From Thermofilaceae archaeon (GTDB taxonomy: Archaea; Thermoproteota; Thermoprotei; Thermofilales; Thermofilaceae): a DNA stretch of 64,000 bases. The translations under genes and the position numbers were made by a program. Every line of letters starts with the position of its first letter. Position 1 is the first letter of the stretch. Under the pieces are notes generated by a model. It was not told where the DNA came from, searched no databases, and worked only from the letters and a program-made list of their open reading frames with translations. Shown piece by piece: positions 9,861 through 19,788 of the stretch. The stretch lies in the NCBI GenBank assembly GCA_038861545.1, contig JAWCCZ010000005.1, positions 32,001 to 96,000 of the forward strand. Reading direction: 5' to 3'.

Positions 9861-10922
9861 ACCTTGAATGGATTTTATAGCCTCTTTCAACCTTCCAATA
9901 GTAGCTACTGGAGTTGGATCAACACCTTGATGTAGAGCCAGCACATATGATGTTAAATCTACTATGCCTAGAAGCTCTAAGATCTCGGATAAACGGTTAC
10001 CTCCAGATGAAACTACGTCAGCTGCGCCTACTTCCCGTTCCTTAAGCAATTCCTTCCAAAAATCTATGGTAACCTTTAATTCCGTTGGCTCCTCTGATCC
10101 TCGGATAAATATTGCTTGATACTTGGCAGCTAATTTGCCTTCCCATCCCATTATCTCGTTGTGGTTAGCTTCAGGTAGTTCTGCAAAAAACGCATGGTAT
10201 TTCGCGTTCTCATTTATCTGCGTTTTTAGCCTGAAGCCAACTGAGCTGTAAGGTTGATAAGAGTAAATAAGGGGGACTTTGTCTTTTAGAAAAGCGGCAA
10301 GCTTTGTGGGAAGGCTTTCTTGAGGGTCTTGTTTGAAGACTTCCATAACTCTTCGTAATCCCTGAGTAACTTCAGTCACTACTATTGGCTTTAGCAGGCC
10401 AGCTGTTTCAAAGGCTCTGAGACATGCTGCCAGCATTGGTGCTACTGCGGTTCTAGGAGGTCTACCAACTGGCAATTTGTAAATCAAGCCCCCTGATTTT
10501 GAAGCCATTCTTTCGAGCGCACCGCCGGATGTTATAGCTATTAACTGCGCGCCTTTCGTTACTCCTCGAATAGCGCACTCTAGCGTCTCTGCAGTATTAC
10601 CGGAATAACTTAAAGCTATAAGTAATGTATCTTTTCCAAGATAAGCTGGTAATTTAAACCCTCTGACAACTTCAATGGGAACTTCAACCGAGTCTAACAT
10701 TAAGCTTCTGACCAGATCTCCTGCTATCGCGGATCCTCCCATTCCTGCAATTACTACGTTCTTCCAAGACACCTGCGGTAATTTTCTAGATATAATTTTA
10801 TGCAAATCTATCTCGCCATATTTCCTATAATATTCTTCAAATTCAACAGGTTCAGCTAATATTAGATGTAGCATTTTAGATTTATCGAGAGATTTTACTA
10901 GATCGCCTATGTTCATCGACAA
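9855..10922 (-). CDS. Bifunctional phosphoglucose/phosphomannose isomerase (SIS)
   Basis: GMGGSAIAGD, SYSGNTAET, QINENAK, PEANHNE, GVDPTPV. Confidence 0.93.
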   Translation of the reverse strand: MSMNIGDLVKSLDKSKMLHLILAEPVEFEEYYRKYGEIDLHKIISRKLPQVSWKNVVIAGMGGSAIAGDLVRSLMLDSVEVPIEVVRGFKLPAYLGKDTLLIALSYSGNTAETLECAIRGVTKGAQLIAITSGGALERMASKSGGLIYKLPVGRPPRTAVAPMLAACLRAFETAGLLKPIVVTEVTQGLRRVMEVFKQDPQESLPTKLAAFLKDKVPLIYSYQPYSSVGFRLKTQINENAKYHAFFAELPEANHNEIMGWEGKLAAKYQAIFIRGSEEPTELKVTIDFWKELLKEREVGAADVVSSGGNRLSEILELLGIVDLTSYVLALHQGVDPTPVATIGRLKEAIKSIQGL

Positions 10923-11043
10923 GTATCTAGCTTCCTCCTATTTATCCCCCTCGCAGAGCATTCTAAGTAAGGCTGTGAACACCGTTATAAAACTTAGACT
11001 GATTGTGCGGCTCGAAAAATTTATAGCCTTTATAGAAACTAGT

Positions 11044-11466
11044 ATGACTATGGAAAGTGAGGAGAAGGCCATATTAGAGAAAATGACTAAAAAAATTGTT
11101 GGAGAATGGTTAAACTCCGTCAAAGAAATGACGTGTCCTAAAGGGATACTCCATGTTAATAGTAAGGATTTCGATGAACTACTAAGAAAATGTGATATAG
11201 TGCTAGTTGATTTTTGGGCGGAGTGGTGTGGACCCTGCAGGATGATTGAACCAATAGTTGAAAGCCTTGCTGTCAAATATGCATCCAAAGTCGCTATAGC
11301 TAAAGTAAATGTAGACGAAAACAGCGAAGCGGCTTTTGAGTATGGAGTAATGAGCATCCCTACCCTCGTAATCTTCTATAAAGGTAAAGAGTATAAGAGA
11401 TTTGTTGGTTATTATCCAGCTTTAGCTAGAGACTTGGATTATGCTCTAAAAACCCTCGTTTCCTGA
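11044..11466 (+). CDS. trxA: Thioredoxin
   Basis: DFWAEWCGPC and SIPT. Likely start is ATG at 11044. Confidence 0.93.
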   Translation: MTMESEEKAILEKMTKKIVGEWLNSVKEMTCPKGILHVNSKDFDELLRKCDIVLVDFWAEWCGPCRMIEPIVESLAVKYASKVAIAKVNVDENSEAAFEYGVMSIPTLVIFYKGKEYKRFVGYYPALARDLDYALKTLVS

Positions 11467-11709
11467 ATTCACTATAACCATCAACACATCAGGTATTTTT
11501 CCACTTCTTACGCATGCTTCGTATATTCTCCATACTCTTTTAGATGTGACCAGACCAGCGTAAAACCCCTGCTGCTCAAGATCATTCTTAACGCGATCTA
11601 CCAGATCCCCGGGATGGATGAAAGGATCTTTAGCTAAAACTCTCATTAGTGCAGAGACTATGTCTATGTTTCGAGGATATGGTTTTTTGTTAGAACGGCC
11701 TCTTCCCAT
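11446..11709 (-). CDS. Small conserved hypothetical protein (possible winged helix)
   Basis: 87-aa ORF; KRVWRIYE..VR.G.IPDVL ending resembles conserved crenarchaeal hypothetical proteins. Confidence 0.6.
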   Translation of the reverse strand: MGRGRSNKKPYPRNIDIVSALMRVLAKDPFIHPGDLVDRVKNDLEQQGFYAGLVTSKRVWRIYEACVRSGKIPDVLMVIVNSGNEGF

Positions 11710-11720
11710 ATTTCAACGCC

Positions 11721-11778
11721 TGGTCGGCTTACCTCCTTTTCCTCATCAGGCTCAGGTAAAAATACATTCTTCATCCCT
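11721..11778 (-). ncRNA. C/D box sRNA
   Basis: Minus strand: C ATGAAGA - guide ATGTATTTTTAC - D' CTGA - C' TGATGA - guide GGAAAAGGAGGTAAG - D CCGA. Confidence 0.75.
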
Positions 11779-11809
11779 CATGCTTCTTGGATGGATTTAA
11801 AAAAAAAGC

Positions 11810-12121
11810 TTAGCGTGATATAAGAATATATACTAACTCTTTCACATCCTCGTCGAACTCCTTGCGTAATACCTTCTCTCCTATTAGTCTTGCTATAATC
11901 CTGTAAAGCGTAGCTGGGGTTAGACCCCTGACCTTAGCCCACTCGTAAAGCTCTGACTTAGTAACTTTACCTCCCTTCTCCTCTACGAAGGATACTATGA
12001 GTTCTTCTTCAACAGGATAAGATTTACTTTCAACATGCATGTTTTCAACTTTGAGAAAAGCCAGAAGGTTCTCATTATGCTGGCTCTCCTTTGTCGAATC
12101 ACGTCCCTTCTTTGATACCAC
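11810..12121 (-). CDS. Hypothetical winged-HTH protein
   Basis: GGKVTKSELYEWA...TPATLYRIIARL..EKVLRK helix-turn-helix-wing pattern. Confidence 0.6.
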   Translation of the reverse strand: MVSKKGRDSTKESQHNENLLAFLKVENMHVESKSYPVEEELIVSFVEEKGGKVTKSELYEWAKVRGLTPATLYRIIARLIGEKVLRKEFDEDVKELVYILISR

Positions 12122-12157
12122 AGTTAATAAGTTGAAATCATTTATAATTAAATATTA

Positions 12158-12601
12158 TCATTTTCCTTCCAAATTTATTTTTTTAAATCTAAGTATCAGA
12201 TCCCTGTCTTTGCCTATAAGGTCCCTGTAACTATTAAACTCTGCATCGCTAATAGTTCTAAAGAAGTCTGCTGCAATATAAGTCTCATCCCGAAAACTAC
12301 CTATCCTGCCAAATACTTCTATGCAGTTATCTATGGGAAATGACCTCAACTTGTTTGCAACGTTGTTCCATGCTCGTACACGTGCATTACCCTCATCATC
12401 GATTATCATGATTTCGATAAATTTCCTGAAATCATGTAATTCTTTAACCTTGCCGGCCATACGAACTCTATTAACCTTTAAGTATACACCCTTATAGGTT
12501 AGCTTAAAAATCACCTCGAATCCCTTTTCCGAGATTTCAATTTTATTGATTTCATGTGGCAGCACTCTAATATACACTCTCCTGACGTCGAGTTCCCCCA
12601 T
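12158..12601 (-). CDS. OB-fold nucleic-acid-binding protein (RPA2/Stn1-like)
   Basis: VNRVRMAGKV...IIDDEGNARVRAW...IEVFGRIGSFRDETYI matches the RPA32-type OB-fold pattern. Confidence 0.65.
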   Translation of the reverse strand: MGELDVRRVYIRVLPHEINKIEISEKGFEVIFKLTYKGVYLKVNRVRMAGKVKELHDFRKFIEIMIIDDEGNARVRAWNNVANKLRSFPIDNCIEVFGRIGSFRDETYIAADFFRTISDAEFNSYRDLIGKDRDLILRFKKINLEGK

Positions 12602-12668
12602 ACCTAAAGCGTTCTGCTAACGAAATAACCTTTTTTAACATAACCTTCAAAGGAAAAGCGGGCAGAAC

Positions 12669-13346
12669 ATGCCCAAAGTTAACACTAAACTTGTTTTATG
12701 GGATGAAGTAGTAGAATGGTGTAGAAAACTAGCTGAGAAGGTGAAAATGGATGGCTTTAAACCCGACGTTGTAGTAGCTGTTGCTAGAGGAGGCTACGTG
12801 CCTGCAAGGTTACTGTGTGATTTCTTAGATGTTCATGACCTAATAAGTCTGCAAATCCTGCATTGGGGAAAAGCTGCAGAAATTACAGCTGTGGCTCACG
12901 TCAAGTACCCATTCGTCATCGATCTCTCAGGTAAAAGAGTTATACTAGTAGATGATATTATAGATACAGGCGAATCTGTAATTGTTGCTAAAGATTATAT
13001 ACTCAATAAGTGGAAAACCGCTGAATTGAAAACCGCGGCTATGCAATGGATATCTTCAGTTGCTAAAATTAAACCGGATTTTTACGTAGAAGAAATTAAA
13101 GAATGGATATGGTACCAGTATCCTTGGACCAGGGCTGAGGATACTACAAATTTCTTTGAAAAAATTATAAAAGAAAGTGCTAAAGAGGAAAAAATCGAAT
13201 GGACCTATGAAGAGTTGGTAAAAGAATTTAGAAACTGGTATGGAATAGACGTAGGAGAAACATATTATAAAATTGCTTTGAGCAGACTACTGGAAAATGG
13301 ACTTATTGAACGACGTGGTGAACATTATATAGTGAGAAAACAGTGA
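12669..13346 (+). CDS. Purine phosphoribosyltransferase (type I PRTase)
   Basis: VARGGYVPARLL, VILVDDIIDTG PRPP motif, WYQYPW. Confidence 0.9.
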   Translation: MPKVNTKLVLWDEVVEWCRKLAEKVKMDGFKPDVVVAVARGGYVPARLLCDFLDVHDLISLQILHWGKAAEITAVAHVKYPFVIDLSGKRVILVDDIIDTGESVIVAKDYILNKWKTAELKTAAMQWISSVAKIKPDFYVEEIKEWIWYQYPWTRAEDTTNFFEKIIKESAKEEKIEWTYEELVKEFRNWYGIDVGETYYKIALSRLLENGLIERRGEHYIVRKQ

Positions 13347-14278
13347 TCGATGGAGTCAAAGTCTATAAGGATGGAGGAATCGTAGTCGAGAGTAAAGGTA
13401 GAAAGATCTTAATTGACCCTTGCTCTATACCGGGCATTAAGCCAAGCGCAATCTTTGTTTCACATGCACATAGAGATCATTACAGCCTAAAAGTGCTGAA
13501 GACCTTGCGTGGAGTCCCTAAGATCATGAGCCAAGCTACGCGTGAGTTGATAGACCCTCATGGGACCCTTGATAACGTAATTATAGTCAACGGGGGATTG
13601 GTTGCTGAGCTTGAAGGATTAACCCTGGAGTTTCACGAGGCTGGACATATTATAGGGAGTTTACAGTTGAGAATCGATACTGGACTTAGAATAGTTTATA
13701 CTGGCGATTTCTGTCTCGAGAAAAGAATCGTGCTTAGACCCGCCCCCGTTCTTAAGGCCGATGTTTTAATAATTGATGCAACTTATGGTCATCCTAATTA
13801 TAGTCTTCCGCCGAGAGGAACTTTGTATAAAAAGTTGCTGGAGATTGCTACAGAGCGCGTGGAACTCGGCGAAAATCTTTCAATCGCGGCTAGGGCTTTA
13901 GGTACTGGACAGGAAGTTACTGCTCTTCTTTCCTTATCAGCTAAGTTAACCCCTTTGGTCGAGAGAAAAGTTGCAGAAAGGAACAAAGTATACGAGAAAT
14001 ATGGTGAAATTTTAGGCAACTATGCAGTCTTTGATAGGATTCCTCCTTCCAGCGGTATAACGTTAACTGCTCTGTCTCAGTCAACTCAAGGTGAATTGAT
14101 ATGTACCGGCTGGGCAATAAATACTGGTATTCCGATGTCAAGTCATGCAGATTACGATGATCTCCTGGAATACGTTAAGCTTAGTGACGCATATAATGTT
14201 TTCACATTTTCACGTTTCTCTAAGGTATTTTCAAAACATCTTTCAAAAGAATTAGGCGTCGCGGCTATCTCACTTTAA
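13343..14278 (+). CDS. Metallo-beta-lactamase fold (beta-CASP-like) ribonuclease
   Basis: SHAHRDH, AGHIIGS, YTGD, DATYG, SSHAD. Confidence 0.85.
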   Translation: MIDGVKVYKDGGIVVESKGRKILIDPCSIPGIKPSAIFVSHAHRDHYSLKVLKTLRGVPKIMSQATRELIDPHGTLDNVIIVNGGLVAELEGLTLEFHEAGHIIGSLQLRIDTGLRIVYTGDFCLEKRIVLRPAPVLKADVLIIDATYGHPNYSLPPRGTLYKKLLEIATERVELGENLSIAARALGTGQEVTALLSLSAKLTPLVERKVAERNKVYEKYGEILGNYAVFDRIPPSSGITLTALSQSTQGELICTGWAINTGIPMSSHADYDDLLEYVKLSDAYNVFTFSRFSKVFSKHLSKELGVAAISL

Positions 14279-14329
14279 CCAAGTTTTGCAAGTTAAAACG
14301 ACAAATATTTTTATGGATAATATATTTCA

Positions 14330-15136
14330 ATGCTGATGATAAAACCCAAGGAGAAAGCTGAAATTGGTATAATAGGAGGATCAGGGCTTTATGACCCCGC
14401 AATTCTCGAAAATGTTAAAGAATTGAAAATATACACTCCTTTTGGCTCGCCCTCTGACCTTATAACCATCGGTACATTAAAAGGTCGGAAAATAGCTTTT
14501 CTGCCCCGGCATGGAAAAGGTCATAGAATTCCACCACACCTAATAAATTATCGAGCCAACATATGGGCCCTAAAGGAGCTTGGTGTAGAAAGGATAGTAT
14601 CGGTTAGCGCAGTTGGTAGTTTGCGCGAAGACTATAAACCGGGAGATTTCGTCAATACAGACCAGTTTATTGATATGACTAAAAACAGGGTATACACGTT
14701 TTTCGATGGTCAAACAGTTGCTCATGTAAGCATGGCAGACCCCTTCTGTCCTGAACTCAGAGAAATCGGAAGTAAAGTGGCCAAACGCCTGGGTATAACC
14801 ATGCATGAAAGAGGAACCTACGTATGTATAGAAGGGCCAAGGTTCTCGACGCGGGCTGAGTCGAGACTTTGGAGAAAGTTTGATGCAGATATAGTTGGTA
14901 TGACCCTAGTACCTGAAGTAAACCTGGCTAGAGAAGCTGGGATGTGTTTCGTCAATATAGCAATGGTCACGGATTATGATGTATGGGCTGAAAAGGCAGT
15001 AACCGCCCATGAAGTATCCAGGGTAATGGCCGAAAACATTGAAAAAGTGAAGAAACTATTGTATGAAATAGTTCCCGAAACACCGTTGGAACGCCGCTGC
15101 GGATGCGATAAATACTTAGGGGAAGCCGTTCTCTAG
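14330..15136 (+). CDS. mtnP: 5'-methylthioadenosine phosphorylase
   Basis: [40 protein letters not shown]. Confidence 0.95.
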   Translation: MLMIKPKEKAEIGIIGGSGLYDPAILENVKELKIYTPFGSPSDLITIGTLKGRKIAFLPRHGKGHRIPPHLINYRANIWALKELGVERIVSVSAVGSLREDYKPGDFVNTDQFIDMTKNRVYTFFDGQTVAHVSMADPFCPELREIGSKVAKRLGITMHERGTYVCIEGPRFSTRAESRLWRKFDADIVGMTLVPEVNLAREAGMCFVNIAMVTDYDVWAEKAVTAHEVSRVMAENIEKVKKLLYEIVPETPLERRCGCDKYLGEAVL

Positions 15137-15194
15137 TTTTACATATTTTTACCCTGACTAAATTTTTATACGTTGCAAAGATGCCGATGTATGG

Positions 15195-16502
15195 ATGCAG
15201 TCTGCGATTAAAGATTTCAGTCTAGCGTCTGAAGGCAAACTCAAGATAGAGTGGGCTGAGGCGCATATGCCTGTACTACGTAAAATTATGGTAACGTTCT
15301 CTAAAACTAAGCCTTTAGAGGGGCTCACTATAAGTGCATGCTTACATGTAACCAAGGAAACAGGGGTTTTAGTCCGGGCACTAACTGCTGGCGGAGCGGA
15401 GGTGTACTTGGCAGCAAGCAATCCATTGTCAACTCAGGACGATGTAGCGGCCGCTTTAGTTGAAGAGGGGATTCATGTGTATGCTTGGAGAGGTATGAGC
15501 ACTGAAGATTACTACAAGGCAATAGCTCGAGTTGCCTCCGCTAACCCGGCTATAACTATGGATGACGGAGGCGATTTAACGGTTTTGATCCATAAGCTTT
15601 ACTACAATGAAACGGGTATGGATGTAGAAATAGCTAAGCAGGTTATAGGAAAGTGCAAAATAGAGCATAATAGCGTAATAGGTGGAACTGAGGAAACGAC
15701 GACGGGCGTTATTAGGTTGAAGTCCCTTGCTAAAGAGGGGAAACTGCTTTACCCGATAATTGCGGTTAATGAATCTCGTACAAAGTACCTCTTCGATAAC
15801 AGATATGGAACAGGGCAAAGCAGCCTTGATGGTGTGCTTAGGGCAACCAACTTATTAATAGCGGGCAAAACAGTAGTAGTAGCAGGCTATGGGTGGGTAG
15901 GACGGGGAATAGCTTCCAGAGCTAGAGGATTAGGTGCGAGAGTCATCATAGTTGAGCCTAACCCGATAAAAGCTCTTGAGGCATACTACGATGGTTTTTA
16001 CGTTACTGACATGGATGAGGCCGCCTCTTTAGGTGATATATTTATCACTGCCACAGGAAATACAGATGTTATTAGAGGAGAACATATTAGAAAAATGAAA
16101 GATTGCACAGTACTGGCAAATGCTGGGCATTTTAACGTTGAGATATCTGTAAGCGACCTAGAGCAATTAGCTGTCACTAAACGACAAATTAGGGACAATG
16201 TAGAGGAATATAAACTACCAGATGGGCGTAGGCTCTATCTGCTATGCGGTGGACGTTTAGTCAATTTAGCAGCTGCGGAGGGGCATCCCTCTGAAGTAAT
16301 GGACATGAGTTTCAGTAATCAAGCATTAGCTGTCTATTATATAAACAAAAATAAAAATATATTAAAAAATAAGGTTTATAAACTACCTAAAAATATAGAT
16401 TATAAAATAGCTAAATTAAAGTTATCCTCCTTACAAATAAAAACGGAGAAATTGACACTTAAGCAAAAAGAATATATAGAATCATGGAGACTTGGAACAT
16501 GA
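15195..16502 (+). CDS. ahcY: Adenosylhomocysteinase
   Basis: CLHVTKET, SNPLSTQD, EETTTG, FDNRYGTGQS, GYGWVGRG, GRLVNL. Confidence 0.97.
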   Translation: MQSAIKDFSLASEGKLKIEWAEAHMPVLRKIMVTFSKTKPLEGLTISACLHVTKETGVLVRALTAGGAEVYLAASNPLSTQDDVAAALVEEGIHVYAWRGMSTEDYYKAIARVASANPAITMDDGGDLTVLIHKLYYNETGMDVEIAKQVIGKCKIEHNSVIGGTEETTTGVIRLKSLAKEGKLLYPIIAVNESRTKYLFDNRYGTGQSSLDGVLRATNLLIAGKTVVVAGYGWVGRGIASRARGLGARVIIVEPNPIKALEAYYDGFYVTDMDEAASLGDIFITATGNTDVIRGEHIRKMKDCTVLANAGHFNVEISVSDLEQLAVTKRQIRDNVEEYKLPDGRRLYLLCGGRLVNLAAAEGHPSEVMDMSFSNQALAVYYINKNKNILKNKVYKLPKNIDYKIAKLKLSSLQIKTEKLTLKQKEYIESWRLGT

Positions 16503-16578
16503 AAATCAAGCTTGCTATCGCCTTTTTTACTGCATACCTTATTTAAAGTTTAAAAGTTGGGCTATTACAAGATTGTGG

Positions 16579-18264
16579 GTGGTCACCCTAAAAGAGAAGT
16601 GGCTAGTGTTTTCGGCATGGCCCTATGTTAACGCTATTCCACATTTAGGTAACCTTGTGGGTTCTATACTCTCTGCAGATATAGCAGCACGTTTCTTAAG
16701 AATGAAGAACGTTGAGGTAGTGTTCGCCAGTGGTTCTGATCAACACGGAACGCCGATAGAGGTGGAAGCTATGAAACGGAACATAAATCCAAAAGTTTTA
16801 GCTGATGAGATGCATGAACGAGTGACAAAATTGTTCGAAAAATGGAATATTTCCTTTGATATTTATACAAAAACTGAGAGTGAAATACATGTCAATTTTG
16901 TGAAAGATTTCTATGATCAAGTATATAAAAATGGTTATATATTTAGCGATATAGTTCAAGTATTATTCTGTACTAAAGATAAAATTTACCTCCCAGATAG
17001 GTTTGTCGAAGGTATCTGCCCCTATTGTCAGTATCCAAAAGCTAGAGGAGATCAATGCGATAACTGTGGTAGGTTATTAGATCCACTAATTTTAATTGAA
17101 GCGCGTTGTGTGCTATGTAATTCTAAACCTGTAATTAAAGAAAGTAAACATTGGTTTTTAGATTTATCAAAACTAACTGATAATATTAAAAACTATATTA
17201 TTAATAATAATAACCTACCAGAAAACGCTAAAAACATGAGTATTCAGATGATAGAGGAAGGATTAAAGCCGAGATCTTTAACGAGGGATAATAGATGGGG
17301 TATTGAGGCTCCTTTTCCAGGTGCAGAAGGAAAGACAATCTATGTATGGATGGAGGCAGTCCTAGGGTATGTTTCGGCTGTCCAGGAATATTTCAAAAAG
17401 AGGGAACAACCTGACCGATGGAAAGAATTCTGGCTTGATAGAGAAACAAAAAGCGTATATTTCATCGGAAAGGATAACATACCTTTTCACACTATAATTC
17501 TGCCAGCTCTTTTAATCGCATCTAGAAAAGGATACGTTTTACCTTGGATTGTGGCTTCAACTGAATACCTTATGTTTGAAGGTGAGAAATTCTCGAAAAG
17601 CAGAGGAGTTGGAATATGGATTGACGAAGCTTTAGAACTTTTACCAGCAGACTACTGGAGGTTCTCTTTAATAGCCATGAGACCTGAAGTTAGAGACGTA
17701 AACTTTACCTGGAAAGGATTACAGGAAGTTATCAACTCGCAGCTAAACGATTCTATTGGTAATTTTATCCATAGAGTTTTGACCTTAGTTAAGCGAAGAT
17801 TTAATGGTATTATCCCCGATCCCAAATCCCTTAGGGAAATCGATAGAGAAACTTTAGAAAAAGCTTGGTCTAAGGTAGACGAAATTGAAAAACATATGTT
17901 AGAATTTAGATATAAGAGGGCCTTAACTGAGATCCTAGAAATTGCTTCTATGGGAAACACATATATAAACTTACAGCGACCGTGGGAGGAGCCCTCCCCA
18001 GAAGCCGCTAAATCCCTCTTTACGGCCTGTAGCCTAGTGAAAACCCTTATTATAGTTTTAGCACCAATAATACCTGAAAGCTCACGAAGAGCTTGGGAAA
18101 TGCTGGGTTATGAGGAAAAGGTTGAAGAAATTTTATGGGAAGAGGCAAAAACAACTATCCAACCTGGACTCAAGATACGCGATCCAGAACCTCTTTTCAG
18201 GAAACTTACTGACGAAGATATAGAGGGCATGAAGAAAAAGCTAGAATCGATGAGAGCAAGATGA
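16579..18264 (+). CDS. metG: Methionyl-tRNA synthetase (no C-terminal EMAP domain)
   Basis: AWPYVNAIPHLGN, Zn knuckle, YVW, FIGKDN, KFSKS. Likely start is GTG at 16579. Confidence 0.96.
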   Translation: MVTLKEKWLVFSAWPYVNAIPHLGNLVGSILSADIAARFLRMKNVEVVFASGSDQHGTPIEVEAMKRNINPKVLADEMHERVTKLFEKWNISFDIYTKTESEIHVNFVKDFYDQVYKNGYIFSDIVQVLFCTKDKIYLPDRFVEGICPYCQYPKARGDQCDNCGRLLDPLILIEARCVLCNSKPVIKESKHWFLDLSKLTDNIKNYIINNNNLPENAKNMSIQMIEEGLKPRSLTRDNRWGIEAPFPGAEGKTIYVWMEAVLGYVSAVQEYFKKREQPDRWKEFWLDRETKSVYFIGKDNIPFHTIILPALLIASRKGYVLPWIVASTEYLMFEGEKFSKSRGVGIWIDEALELLPADYWRFSLIAMRPEVRDVNFTWKGLQEVINSQLNDSIGNFIHRVLTLVKRRFNGIIPDPKSLREIDRETLEKAWSKVDEIEKHMLEFRYKRALTEILEIASMGNTYINLQRPWEEPSPEAAKSLFTACSLVKTLIIVLAPIIPESSRRAWEMLGYEEKVEEILWEEAKTTIQPGLKIRDPEPLFRKLTDEDIEGMKKKLESMRAR

Positions 18265-18387
18265 AGTAAAGTTTTGGATTAGTTTTATACTAAGAGTTTC
18301 CTATTTTAGTCAAAGCTTATGTGTTATTGTCTTTCTTTACGCGAGAAAGTTTCCTTTAACAAAGCTGAACTTAATATATACAGATAA

Positions 18388-19665
18388 TCAATCTACAATA
18401 TCGCCTTCTAAATGAAATGGTGTAAAACTCTTTATTCTAATTTTTACCCAATCACCTATTTTCGCAGAATTTGCAGATAAGATCACTGGTTTATATGTGT
18501 CTGTTCGTGCTACTATGTAATCTCCTGGCCTTTCTTCAACTACTAAGGCATTTATAACTCTGTTAAGGTATTCAGAGTTCCTCTGAGCCGCGACCTTAAT
18601 CGATATTTCAGAAAGTATTCTCGACCTTCTTTTCTTCTCTGGCTCGGGGACTTGTGGATTCATAATATAGGCTGGCGTGAATGGTCTAAATGTGTATCTA
18701 GCTAGATGAACCTTATCGAATAACAGCTCTTCAATTAACTTAACACTATTCATAAATGCTTCCCATTTTTCGCCTGGAAACCCTACTATTATGTCTGTGA
18801 CGATGCTCAAATCCTTTAACTCGTTTCTTAAGTATGTTACGATGTATTTATACTCAGCGACCGTGTACTTTCTACCCATAATTTTTAGTACTTCTTCATC
18901 GCCAGACTGCACTGGTAGGTGTACGTACTTGTAAATTCTGTCGTCCTTCATTAAACATGATAACCTATCCACAAACTTCTTTACAAGCCAAGGTTCCATC
19001 ATACCAATTCTTATTCTGTAATCGCCTTCGACGACGCTTAGAATTTCCTCCAGTAAATCTGGTAGGTTAATACCTAAATCTAATCCATAAGCTGCTAAGT
19101 CCTGGCCTGTCAAGTAAACTTCTTTAGCTCCCATTCTAACAGCTTCGTCAATCATATTAACAGCTATTTCCGGGTCTAAGCTAATTACTCCTCTTCTGAC
19201 GATGGGCTCCACGCAGAAGCTACAGGCTCCAAGGCAACCAGCTTGTATGGGTAAGACGTACCTAAAGTCTCCAGTATATTTAGGAATGAGTAATTCCTTA
19301 CCATAAACCCTAACCAAGAAAAGATAGTCTCCTCTTAGAAAATTACGAAGTTTGCTCATAGACCCAGGTTCTATTAATGATGCATTAGGTGCCGTTTTCA
19401 ATATTTGATAGGGACGAATATTAACTAAACAGCCTGTAACTGCGATCCTAAGGTTCCTCTTACTTAGAAACTTCAGCCTTTCAAGAGCTTTTCTTTCACT
19501 CTCTGCCCTTACCGCACAGGTAATAAGAATAGCTGCTTCGGCCTCATCTAAAGTATTAACCACATTACCGCCTTCATTTATCACCATCTGTACTACTACA
19601 TCAGCTAATGCTTTGTTTAACCAACAACCATAGCATTCCACATATACTCGCATTTCAAAACCCAT
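18388..19665 (-). CDS. tRNA t6A37 methylthiotransferase (MtaB/CDKAL1-like)
   Basis: YGCWLN and TCAVR (UPF0004), GCLGACSFC, HLPVQSG, DIIVGFPGE, C-terminal TRAM. Confidence 0.9.
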   Translation of the reverse strand: MGFEMRVYVECYGCWLNKALADVVVQMVINEGGNVVNTLDEAEAAILITCAVRAESERKALERLKFLSKRNLRIAVTGCLVNIRPYQILKTAPNASLIEPGSMSKLRNFLRGDYLFLVRVYGKELLIPKYTGDFRYVLPIQAGCLGACSFCVEPIVRRGVISLDPEIAVNMIDEAVRMGAKEVYLTGQDLAAYGLDLGINLPDLLEEILSVVEGDYRIRIGMMEPWLVKKFVDRLSCLMKDDRIYKYVHLPVQSGDEEVLKIMGRKYTVAEYKYIVTYLRNELKDLSIVTDIIVGFPGEKWEAFMNSVKLIEELLFDKVHLARYTFRPFTPAYIMNPQVPEPEKKRRSRILSEISIKVAAQRNSEYLNRVINALVVEERPGDYIVARTDTYKPVILSANSAKIGDWVKIRIKSFTPFHLEGDIVD

Positions 19666-19788
19666 TCACTTGAACTTTAAAAACTCCACAGTTTAAGGTA
19701 TACGCGATAAATACTCTTAGACGTCACTCTTAACTAGATGGCAAGGGTTTTTAAAGTGTAAATAGCACTGGGCTGCAGGGGGTGAAAA

